This document shows, in pieces, positions 27,378 to 39,861 of a DNA stretch of 64,000 bases. Every line of letters begins with the position of its first letter. The stretch's first letter is position 1. The notes under the pieces are model-generated. The model worked only from the letters and a program-made list of their open reading frames with translations. It did not search any database and was not told where the DNA came from. The DNA comes from Podarcis filfolensis (lineage: Eukaryota): assembly GCA_964270895.1 (NCBI GenBank), contig OZ185436.1. One strand, written 5' to 3'. The position numbers and the translations under genes were made by a program.

Positions 27378-27618
27378 CCTGATTTCATATCTGGTTCTTG
27401 TAGGACCAAGGAGAAGCCATTTCCATGCAGTTAGCAGGCTTGGCTGACTTTAATTTTGTCGGGGGGGGGGGGATTTACCTGGGAAGAGTCAACCTGGAGG
27501 AAAATGCTAAGAAGCTATTTTCACCATCTTTTTCTCTCACGGGCTCCCCCCCCCCCCAGTTCCAGTGGTTCCCACATGGCACACGACGCAAGATCCCTCA
27601 TTGATCTAATCAAGTATC

Positions 27619-27957
27619 TCAGTTTTTGCTTTTGTTACAAATCGAAATCTCGCTTTCTTCGAAGACTTCCTCGGTCGTCTCCCCCATTGTGACTTCTCCT
27701 TCACTGCTGTCTGAGAGGCTTGCTCTGGGAATATGCTTTAATGCGAAGCTTAGCTCCGCTTTGCCGCCTGTCCTCTGCTTTGCCACTTGTGTGCTCTGAG
27801 GCTGAGTCACCTCCAGGGAGAAGCAATTATGGTTCGAATGCTCTTTCTTGGAACATCTCCCCAGGTGCTTGATGTTCTTTCCGAGAAAGCATGGCATGCA
27901 GACAAAGGGGGATGCCAGCAAGAAATGGGACCACTTCTTGCGCAGTTCAGCTTTTAC
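27619..27957 (-). CDS. GLP2R: GLP2R exon 13 coding part (339 bp including TGA)
   Basis: ttccag|GTA AAA GCT ...; [14 protein letters not shown]...[33 protein letters not shown]. Confidence 0.95.
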   Translation of the reverse strand, partial: VKAELRKKWSHFLLASPFVCMPCFLGKNIKHLGRCSKKEHSNHNCFSLEVTQPQSTQVAKQRTGGKAELSFALKHIPRASLSDSSEGEVTMGETTEEVFEESEISICNKSKN

Positions 27958-30900
27958 CTGGAAAAGGAAGGAAAGCAAACAGAGCAGTTGAGATGGATTG
28001 CAGCATGTAGTATAAATGCTTCCTTGACCCGTCCTAGGGCTTCTGTCCTTTCAGATAAGCCTGGACTTTCTTAGTTCAGGTATGCTGTGGCTAGGTTACC
28101 CTACAGCAAGAGTAGGGAAGGGAATCTTTGGGTCTTCAGGTATTGCAGAACTCTAACTCCCATCAGCCCAAGCAAGCATGGCCAATGGCCAGGGATGGTG
28201 GAAGTTAGAGTTCATTCCCCACACCTACCCAACAGGCAGACGTCCTGACTGCTCAAGTAATTACTCTGAGACCTGCAGCACAAAGTACAATCTTAGGCCT
28301 CTCTGCAGTGTTTAGCACAGTACACCTGCTCCTAATGCCCCTTTCAAGAGGTCCTGATCTACTTTACACCTTTCCCCCTCACTGTCCCGATATGTTCTCA
28401 CAGAACTCTGTGTGCATTTTATACAGAGAGCAGGTTTCTCATTGATGTTATCGCAATACAGTGGTACCTCGGGTTACATACGCTTCAGGTTACATATGCT
28501 TCAGGTTACAGACTCAGCTAACCCAGAAATAGTACCTCGGGTAAAGAACTTTGCTTCAGGATGAGAACAGAAATCGCGCGGCGGCGGCACGGCGGCAGCA
28601 GGAGGCCCCATTAACTAAAGTGGTGCTTCAGGTTAAGAACAGTTTCAGGTTAAGAACAGACCTCCAGAACGAATTAAGTACATAACCAGAGGTACCACTG
28701 TACTTGGACAGCATACACAGGCACTTACGAATAGTTGCTATTTAAATTACTTCAGCATGTTTTTTACAGTGCAGCAGCTGAATATTGCAAATATCACTCT
28801 GTTTATGCTGCTGCCTCCCATTCTCCACATATCTTTCTGCCATCCTTCATTCCTACCAGTTTCTGCTCCCTGCCCTCAGTGAAAAGGGGAGGAGAACACT
28901 TCCTGGAGAATGAACACCTTCATGTAATGGAATGTTCCCCCTTCCATTTGGGCTCAGCTCTACTCCAATCTGTTGCACATCAGGACAGGTTGGTGCCCCT
29001 CCTCATAATTAGAGGCACAAGGGTAGCATCCTGGCCTTCTGCTTGGCATGCATGGGCAGCTTATTGCAAGTTGATCTGTTTACAAGTAGGTACCCTATAT
29101 TGCCGTTTCAAGGAGCAAGCTGAAAGGGGTCGTGTTACTTGCATGATAACTCCAACCACTGCAAGGAACACAACAGAAAACTGAATAACTCTTCAATATA
29201 TACTAACTGATATAAAATGCCAGGTGACCACCAAGAACGTCACACAGGACAAAGTGCAAGCTGCACCAGTCAGTCTGTTCTGCAACATCTTCCAAGAGAA
29301 ACAAGTGGTTAGAAATGAAGGTCAAGAAGGATATTTTACCTCTCCATTAGAAAAACAGTATAAAAGTGCTACAAAGAAACCCTGGAAGGGAAAAGAGAGA
29401 GAAAGTAAATTAGATCTGGATGAAATTTGCCAAGGTACAATTCAACTACAAGCTTATGCAATCACAGAATATTGTTCCTAGAAAACACCTGAAACCTGAG
29501 TCATCATGCTGCTAAATTGAACATTAACACAACTAACTTCCCCTTGCTCAAAAATCACCTTTATCTCTCAGGTATCATGTGATGAGGCACCAGTACCCAA
29601 AACTCTGTTCTATTTTTCTTAGAACAATTTTGCTCGAGGAAATGTCAGGCTTGCAATTTTAAACCACTAAGGTTGGTCCCACGAAATATATCACTTTGAC
29701 CTAATCTGTGCATTTCGCATTAGGTTGTGCAGGAAATATTGCAACTGAAGTTTAGGGCAAAATTACATGTATAGCTTGTGAACTTAACCCTCCCAAGGAT
29801 GTGTTTTTGAGACCTTGTAAGAGCAGTATCAAATTTAGCCAGTTTTCCGAAAGCTCAGTAGCTGACCCCCCAACCCCACTTAGTATTGACATGCTAAAAA
29901 GGTAGTAGTGCAAGAAACATGCATATTGGACTGATATACATCTGACTTCTTGCACCTGGTTCCTGCTGGCAAGAATTTAAGGACATCTAAGACTCAAAGC
30001 ATTTCTCCTCAGGCAGATTTATATATGAAGATTGGAAGACACTGCATAATTCCCCATTAAAAAATGGAACTAATGGCAACTCTTTACTTAGTCCAAATGT
30101 CTCATTCTTTGGGACCAACAAATCCCCAAGCAAATCTGAATTTGTATTTAATAGTTAATGAACTAGCTGCAAAGTTCTTTATTGCATTTGTAGACTAGTA
30201 CAGAATATGGTATACCACATGTCTTAAGAGTGATGACCATTTTTAATTTCTAATGCTTGCTATTCTGAAAGTTGTTTCCTGAATTGCTATCTCCTCAGCT
30301 AATTCATCGAATTACATAGTCTGTTCCCCAAATTTTCCAGCATTCGTTTGCAAACCCTTACCAGCTATTTATATTCAAGAACATTTTCCACAGAGTTCTT
30401 CTTGAGAACCATATATCAAAAAGTGCTCTCTCCCTCCCTCATTCGCTAATATTTCCAGCAACCATGGTTTACTGATGTGACTCTAGATGTCTAAAAGTTA
30501 TACACAAGCAATTTGGAGCTTTCTCGGGTAAATAAGCATTATATTACAATAGTTGTAATATTCAACCCTATGTTGTCTTTTTATTTGAAGATTTTTTGCT
30601 CTCTGCTCTATCTATGGTTTTAGTATGAAGATTATTATTTCTTTTCTTTTCATCATATATATCAATTAATGCCCTTTTTTATTAATTAGTGGTAATCAAT
30701 AATGCCCCTTCCAGCACAAGAACTTACTTGAAAGGAGCCCAGGGTCAGCTGAATGAATACTTTTATGTGCCTGGAAAGACCATCAATTCTTTCATCCACA
30801 ATGAAGTTAAAGACAATCTCGTGAATCCCAAGCAATGGTATTAACACAAGGGTTGATCTTGCCAGTCTAAAAATAAAAATAACCATAAGAATGAATTCAG

Positions 30901-33900
30901 TCCTAGAGATAAACTGCATCAAGAAATCGCAATGGAATCATGATATTATCCACTCACTTCTGTTTGTTTGGTGCTAGCATTAGAATGATCAAACCTCATA
31001 CATAGATATTGATATTTTAACACAGGGGTGGTGAATCTGTGGTCCTACCAATGTTGTTTGTCTCCCATCAATCCCAGCCAGTATGGCCAATTGTCAGGGA
31101 TTATGGAAAAACAACATGTGGAAGGCCAGTTTCCCCACTCCTGTAATTAAAGATATATTTAAGGATTTTCGTCAAACCTCCAGCAACATGACATTGTTGA
31201 ATTACAATTTTATCAAGAAGTTAAATGTTGTCACTTTGGACTGAATTGGAATAAAGGCTTTTTAACTGTATTATGTATCTGTATTACCGCTAACTACCGG
31301 TAACTACCAGTAACTACCGGTAACTACCGGGTTAAACCACAGAGCCTAGGACTTGCCGATCAGAAGGTCGGCGGTTCAAATCCCCGCGATGGGGTGAGCT
31401 CCTGTTGCTCGGTCCCTCCTCCTGCCAACCTAGCAGTTCGAAAGCACGTCCAGCGGGAAGGTAAACGGCATTTCCGTGCGCTGCTCTGGTTCGCCAGAAG
31501 CAGCTTAGTCATGCTGGCTCCCTCGGCCAGTAAAGCGAGATGAGCGCCGCAGCCCCAGAGTCGGACATGACTGGACCTAATGGTCAGGGGTCCCTTTACC
31601 TTTACTTTAGTGGTAATTATCATAGACTGTACTTTGCTGAATTTCATTTCCTTCTGACTTCACTGCTTACAGTCCCTGCCCTCCAGACATGTAGGTAAGT
31701 ACCTGTAACTCAGGATAACACTTCATTCTTCTGAAGAAGCAGATTGTTATCCATAAAATCTTATGTCATAGTAAACTAACTTGCTAGTCTTTAAAGTGTC
31801 ATTAGCCTTAACCTTTTCACCTTATGGGCATAAGTATGTTGCGGTTGTTTTGAGATGACAATTCACCTGAAGTGGTACAGCCCAGACACAGATTTATTGT
31901 CTTAGTGAGTTTACCATTATTAAACAAACTAGGCGCTTATCAGCCTTTTGTTTCTTCAGTGACCAACCCCAGCAAGCCACTGCCAGGCTGGGCTCATAAG
32001 AAAGCTAGCTGGTATTGTTTCCAGCCCTTGCTAAAGTCATGAATTTATGAGTTTGCTCAAATTCTAACCCTTCACTGATTGTTGAGATTATGAAGGGTCT
32101 GCCTCCCAACTCATAACAATAGAGACATGTTCTCTGATTACTATTGAAACTTTGTAAGTAAAATATTCACCTATGTGCAAAACAACATGACTGTGATATA
32201 TTCTAGCCTAAGTATGTTGCTAGTGAATGCTTGTTGGTAAGATGTAACCAGGCATAAAAGTGCCTGGTGCAATCGGCCATTGTGCAACTCTGCCAAGATA
32301 GTTAGAATCTCGTCCAAACCTCTCTCTCCAGCACATGTAACAAAGAAAAATAGATATGCAGGAAATTCTTGTTTAGAATGAAGTGGAACATAATCAGTGG
32401 ATTCTTCTTCCAGTTTAAAAGGTACTGTAGAAGGCTAAGTAGATAAGTACAAATCTGAGAATGTCATATTTACCTGAATTTATAATCACGAAAGCTCATT
32501 TGCTGGGCTTTAAGTTTGGAAAGTAGCAGCTTCACAATTTTTAGAAAGATGCAGAAGTTAACCTTCAAAGAAACACACCTCTTGGTTAGTTTCAGTAAAT
32601 GCAATGAACATTATTTGGCTAGCAATGGGGCAATCACAAGAAATTAACCACAAGCAACAATTCACAGCACAATCTTAACCGTGTTTACTCAGAAGTAAGT
32701 CCTATTGAATTCAGTTGAGCTTACTCTGAGGTAAATATATTTAGTATTGCAGCCTCTTAATGTGTGAAGACATTGTTTCTAGAGATTTTCTACCCATCAC
32801 ATTTAGACAATTTTCCCTGCCATTTCTCTTAGCTCATTCTGTCCCCACCCCTGTCTTTAGGTCAGGCTTTTGATCCAAGATACTTTTGATCTTTATTAAT
32901 GGTTGCTGGAACAGGGAGCATCAGTAGCGGATGGAAAAGAACACCAAGGACAAGTACCCTTGCCAATATCTTACGTATCACACACACATAATACCTGTAT
33001 ACATGTTTACATGCTCTCATGTATTTGAATGGGTATCATAGCATGTACCGTATTTTTCGCCCTATAGGACACACTTTTTCCCCTCCAAAAATGAAGGGGA
33101 AATGTGTGTGCGTCCTATGGGGCGAATGCAGGCTTTCGCTGAAGCCTGGAGAGCGAGAGGGGTTGGTGCGCACCGACCACTCTCGCTCTCCAGGCTTCGC
33201 GCAGCTCTCCGCAAGGCGCGGGAGCCCGGTGCTGGGCTCCCGCGGCTTGTGGAGAGTTGCCTGCATGCTGAAGCCTGGGCGCGCTGAGCTCAGCGCGCCA
33301 AGACTTCGCACAGCTCTCCGCAAAGTGTGGGAGCCTGGAACCGGGCTCCCACGGCTTGCGGAGAGTTGCCTGTTCTGGGGGCTGGGGTCAGGGGAAGCTC
33401 GGGCTTCCCCCGCCCCAGCCCCGCACCTGGGGGGAAAATAAATTTTCCCCCTTTATTTTCTCCCCAAAAAACTAGGTGCGTCTTATGGGACGGTGCGTCC
33501 TATAGGGCGAAAAATACGGTAATCTCTCTTTTTAAAATATAAATGCAAAAGCATTTGCCTGTTCATGTTCCCAAGACTATCTTGCTCATATCCTTCTCTG
33601 GGACACTCTCTGGTTCTCATTTCTCTGATCTTCTGAATTTTGAAGCTGATTTCAGTCCATATATTGCTTCAGAAAGTGCAGATTAAGTCAGTTCACAGTT
33701 TAATGCAAACTTCTCCCCCACCTTTAATCCCTGTCCTGCCTTGTGCCTTCCACAGCCATTTTTGTTCAATCAATCCTAGCTTTAAATTATTTAGGGTTAG
33801 TCCCGTGTCTTTATTTTGTAAAATACAGAGAGACACAAATCATGGAAAGGGCCAAGTCAGTCTCACTCTGCTGTGCACCAGGAGATGTCTCCCCTTGCAA

Positions 33901-36900
33901 ATAATGTAACGAAAACATACCACCACAACTGTATAAAGTATTAATCAAATTTATGCCATGATGCTTACAACAATGGAAAATAAAATGGGCCCTCGAATGA
34001 TCCACCAGAATGCCATGTTGTGATGTGTTGCCCAGCATCTAGGAAGTAAGTCGAAATTATTCTGTCAGCTCACATAAGCACAAATGGCAAGCCACATTAT
34101 TTTTAAATAGATTTGGATAGGAACTGTGAACCTGGTTGCTTTTTTTTTTGCCAAGAGGACTAATCAGATTACTCATCAAGATTACATTTTTCAAAATCAA
34201 TTGTAAACAATAATCCATTCCTAAGCAAGTAATCCCAAGGCATGCATTTTCCCATAACACAAGACCATTATTCGAATGGTCGTGGCCATAGTGGGTTGTA
34301 ATGCAATTTCTTATTTTTATAATGAGCTTGCTAATGGAGGCTTAAGCAACTGATACCTATGGAAGCAAATGATGATGACTCATTTGTGTTCCACTAGGTG
34401 CATCTAAACGCCAGGTTAACTTCACTTAATTCCTTTGGTTTAGCATTAGCGACCAACAGGGTGTAGCAAGAGGTCTATTTATTAATTATACTTACATCCC
34501 ACTCTTTCTTTCAAAAGCTCAGAGCAGCTTGTATCAAGTTCTCTGTAGCCTCTTGTTCAAGCCCTGATCAGGCCCACATCAGCTAAGCTTTCCTATACCA
34601 TTCACAAGACTGGTCTTACTATGTCCACATAAATATCAATAATAGGGGGATTAGAAAATCAGAAACTGATGGTGCTTGGGTGTGTGTATGTGTTTTAGCG
34701 AAGTCACTAGCACTATCCGGCTATATACTCTAGATCACCATCTCCACAGCCTGTTTACAAATGACCACCACAGAGCAAAATGTTTGTCTGTATCCATCCG
34801 AAGACCTTTATTTAAACCAGCAGGCCATGCCTTCTATTGTCTTGGCAGAAACTGAAGCAACAAACCAAGCCAGAGGAACATTTGGAAACAGACACTTACC
34901 CCTCATACTCCAGTTGGTATTTTGTTACTCCCCAGGAAGCCACAAACAGAACTGGAAAACCTGGGGAAAATTGAGATGCAGGGACAATGTGACTTTACAA
35001 TGGGCAATATGTAACAGTTGTTGTGCATGTGGACTAAATAATAATGGAGTAGCTGAAATATAGGGATGGGATTGAATATTACTAATGTACAAGGCAAAGG
35101 CTATTAATCACAGCAACATTTTTCCATTGTTGATTCAGTCATACATTTTTGTAACCCTCTTTATCCAAGGACAGTCTCTGAGCAGATAAAAGCAGCAACA
35201 AAGTTAAAAGAAGAGTATGCTTATAATAATCTGATGTCAAAATGAAGGGCAGGGTTTGGATCATTTCTCAGACGGCAATTATTATTTATTCAGTTTATTG
35301 TACATTTATATTTTGCCTTTCCTTCCAAGCCGCCCAGGGCAGTTGTGACATAGAGAGGGGTGGCTTATCTTCAATATAGACATGGCCTTCGTGGCTGCAG
35401 CTGCCTTGATAACATGGGTTTTAGATTGATGCTAACCAATTCTGAAACAGTGGACTATAAGCTGCTGGAAAAAAACATCTGTATATTTACCCCATCCAAT
35501 GAAGACGTATCTCAACAGCAGATGTTTCTCAGAGAGCACAGTGGCTACCAATAATCTATGGAGGTAAATCCCTTCCACTAAAATCCAGAAGAAATTTGCC
35601 CCAACAACATAATGCATCAAAAGCTGAGCCATCCTGCATAGGAACAACTTCTGTGGAAATGAGATAGTGAGAAGAAAAGTTAATATTGAACAACCGTCAA
35701 CAGCAAAGTAAAACTTGGTACTACCAATTATCAAAATACAGCTTGGTACATACAGATAAGTGGAATTTTTGTTAAGAAAGTCAGATACTTGTCAGTCAAA
35801 ATGAATATTTGAAAAGCCCTATTCTTCTAAAGCAGTTTTGTTAAAAGTTAATGACTACAAAGCTCTGTGGCTGGGTGGTTCTCAAATGGAGGACACTAGC
35901 AGCAGGGCCCAGATACCTTCCTTCTGCACTGCCAAGCTAGCCTTCAAACGAAACAAGCTGCTAACTTGGTCTCTGCTGCATGAGCAATGCAAAGGCCCAA
36001 GAGTCCAACAGGGTCAAATTAGCCAGAGTACAATCTCAAAGTTCTCAGAATTCTATGGGAAGAAGGCTTGATTGTTAAACTACTCTAGCAATTGTAGCTC
36101 TGCGAGGAGCATAAAGGGCTCTCCTAAAAACTACCTGCAATCCATGGCTGTCAAAGTGGTATAATTGTGCCTTAAATGCATCTGTATTGCGAGTGGTATG
36201 TGCTGACTGCAGGCCATCTGAGGAAGACAGCATACACCTGTGTAAATCTTCTGGACATATCCATCTTTTGTTCCTCCAGTTGTTTTAACTTGCCATTTAC
36301 CTTGTTTTTAGATATCTTGTTTTATCTGTTTTTTAACTGACATACCACTTTAGGTTTTTTTGTAAAAATAATAATCAGTCTATAAGCTTTATGAATAAAT
36401 AAATAAACGAAGGAATTTTCTAGCTATTTTCATACTTGTGTGCCAGTTACCGTCATACAAAAGAAAGTATGCAGAGCTTGAAACTTGCTAGCAAAGGATG
36501 CTCAGCATGGAATGCAATGCTTTGAATGAGTTCAATCAACAACAGTTTTCTAGCAAGCTTTGCAGCTACAGAATTCAGCCATGAACACATAGAAACTCCA
36601 GGTATCATTAGATGCTCTTTCTTCCACCCACTTGCTTTTAACAATGCCGTACCTCTGGACTTGAGAATGAAATCCATCCATTTAGATCACTTGGCTTTTC
36701 AGAGTCCACATAAAGAAATACATAAGTGCTGTGGGTTGTTCTGTCTTTGATGAGAACTCCTGCGGCTCGTAAGATGAACGCAACGAACAGATTCATATGG
36801 ATGTAGTTCCTTGTGCAGTGCAGTTTCCTGTGGAAGAAGAGAAGCATCCTCTTAAGAATCCACTGAAGTTGTTTTTATTCTGATCTGAATAACAGTATAT

Positions 36901-39819
36901 TCTTGCCCTGCTGTAAATGTTCTTCCTTCCTAGTGGGGGCTTAGTGGCTATGGGTGCTAAGGACACTTGGATCAGCTAGGCCTGCATGTTGTTCCAGTAG
37001 CATAATTCCTGTCTGAGCACACCTGAAAGCCAAGAGTATAGGGGCTCCCATCTCTGTTGCTCATTTTCTGTGAAGCAAGAAAGGAAAAGAGGCAGTGGCA
37101 AAGTTGGTGTGGTATTGCGTGGTTTACAACATACTCTCTGCAGAGAACTGCAGAGCTGCGGATGCCTGCTCCTAAATAAAAAAAATCATGTGTGTGTGTG
37201 TGTGTGTGTGTCCCTCCTATAGGGCTGATGAGCAAGAGGACCTTACTGCTGCCATTGCTATTAGATGGCCTCATGTTGCAGCAGAAAAAGACAAACACTA
37301 CTTAGGGTGGAACTACATTTCTCATCCCAGCCAATAATTTGCTAAGAATGGGAGTGCTGAGACTAGTGGAACACTTACAGGAGAAGATTAGCAGAAGGGG
37401 GATGCTTAACTCATGCTGACTCCTGCCTACAAAGATTCCCACCCACCTCTGCCATTTCCACACTAGCTGGGTTCATCTCCAGTTTTGGAGCACAACTACT
37501 TCTCTGGGGAGGGTTAGAAACTGCTTGTGTGAACATTTTCAGGGGAGAATCAGTAGGCAGGCAAGCATTAATAGGAATCATGTCCAATTAATTTATTCTC
37601 TGCTGTGGGCGTTGCTCATTTGTTGCAATACTTTTGTGAAGGAAACATTAGATTTGGAAGCTTGTTAGTCAACATCTAGTTTATTCCTTGCACAAGGGCC
37701 TACTTACATTATGCAATCTTTTGCCTTCTTTTATAATGCTCAGGTAACAGGTGGCCCACTGATAACATCTGATCACCACTCTATCCCTCTCAGCTGCCAT
37801 GATACACAATGCAATTAAAACTGTACAGATTTCATGGTCTCATAGGTGTGGTATGACCAGGGCAACTTCAGCATTATTATTAGGTGAGCGGATCCTTTGA
37901 TTGATCTGGGAAGAGGGAAGTTTCTCTCACTTTGTCCAGGATGACACCAGCCATCATTTAACGTTAGATTATAATGCAAACCCAGGTCCAAATCGCAGCT
38001 CCTGGCAACTGGAAAATGTACCACTGGGTAATTCCAGAACACCATGTTTTACTGAAAGGTAGATTATACTGACCTGAGCAGCATCAGTATGAAAAGCGCT
38101 AAGACAAGGGAAACAAGAGAAAAAGTATATCCCACAGTATAAATGTACAGGGTGGAGATCCACAATGTTTGTTCTTCATCCTAAGAACAACAGAGAAGCA
38201 AAGGAGTTAAATTGATGTAAAGTTTGGGAAAGAGATCATGCCAGGAGAGAAAATTCTGAAGAACAGCAATGAGAAATTTGTGGTCCTCCCAGTTTTGTTG
38301 GACATCAACTTCCATCAACCCCAGTCATATGTTCAGTGGCCAAGGATGATGGGTGTTGTAATAGAAAAACATCTGGAGGACTACAGGTTTCTCATCTCAT
38401 CTGTAGAAGATCACTCTAGCACATAATTCAGGGCTCATTCAGACTTCATTTTGTGCCATGTTTTTAGGCACAGGTCCAGGTTTTAAAGCTCTGTGTCTAA
38501 GCATGGTGTGTGTGTGGTTTTTTTTGTTTGTTTGTTTGTCTTGGTGCTTTCCGCAGGAAAACCTGCATTTTACTGCTGAATTAGAGCCAATCGGCAATTG
38601 GGCTTTCCATGGATTGCTGTTTGTCTTGATTCATACCTAATTAACATCTCTTCTCCTATCTTTCTAAACATTCCTACAAGCCCTCACTGTTTTGGAAACC
38701 AGATGTGTTTATCAGGCATTTGTGATGACCTATTATTAGTCATTACTTAAATGGAACCTCTGGTTACCTGATGCTGAGGGCAATCAATATGGCAAAATTA
38801 TGGTCTCCTTTATGCTGTCTTTGTAAGCTTACAAAGGTACCTAGGTATGCTAGGCTTGATAGTCTCCTCTCCAGTGGTAGTCCCCATTCCCTCAAAATTC
38901 CCAGGACCAGAGAGGCCATCCAGAGCACCACACCTTAAGGTGCTGCCAGTGAAAGGAAATCCCCCTTCTCTTGTACATATGGAAGTGCATTCTGCTTGTA
39001 CAGCCAGGAAAGAGAGAGAGAGAGATGATCTGCCCATTTTGTTTTCCCTCTTCCTGAATGGACTTCCATGTGGGAATGTTGAGGGAGGCAGGAGAGGATA
39101 TATTGTTTATTAATATCCTTCTTTACTTAGCAGAGTTTACATTCCCCTTCTTACTCACAGCAGAAAGCTGGTTGCAGGCTCGTTAGAACCTCTTACTATT
39201 ATGCAATTCAGTCTGCCTCAGATTGAATTGTAGGTTCCTGGTAAGATCCCCTTTTAAATCCCTCCTAAAAGAATAAAGACACCACAGTCTTATTCATAAG
39301 TAACAAAAAGTAGTTTTACTTACGATCAGTGTGATCCCTGAAGCCAGGCTTTAGACTTAAAGTTACAAACATATGCAAAAAGGTTTACACCATAAGGGAG
39401 ATGATCTGGAGGACTGCTTGGCTGGCAGCCAGCAGTTCAGTCCAGGAAGTTCGCAGGATGAAAGGAAGATGGAAAAGAGGGAGGGTGGCAGCATGCCTTG
39501 GCCTTTTTCCAGTTCTGGAAAGGTCAAGCCCACCCACTAGTCACATGCAAGGAAGGATGCTCCAGCCAGGTGTAACAGGAAGTTCAACTGGCTGGACCAA
39601 CATCCCCTTGCATGTCCACTCTAGGAAAACAAGGAATGTTATATTTGACTGCTCCCGGTGGATTACATCCCACATTCCACACTTATATTCTGTGAATCAT
39701 TTTGGGAAATGTCCCAGATGTGCTCTATCTATGACCTATATTAAAGGTTATACTCATTGTTTTGCAGAGTTCCATATTATGTGCATGTAACTCCTATCCA
39801 TATGTAACTAGTAGGTGGA

Positions 39820-39861
<42 letters not shown>

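Noticed and set aside
28735-29184. 149-aa plus-strand ORF within GLP2R intron 12
   Set aside because: Non-ATG start, no homology, antisense to an intron.
31291-31330. Short direct-repeat array as CRISPR-like
   Set aside because: Eukaryotic DNA, 10-bp units with no spacers; a simple tandem repeat.
33019-33542. Cluster of overlapping GC-rich ORFs on both strands
   Set aside because: Produced by the stop-poor palindromic interior of the MITE; no transposase motifs.
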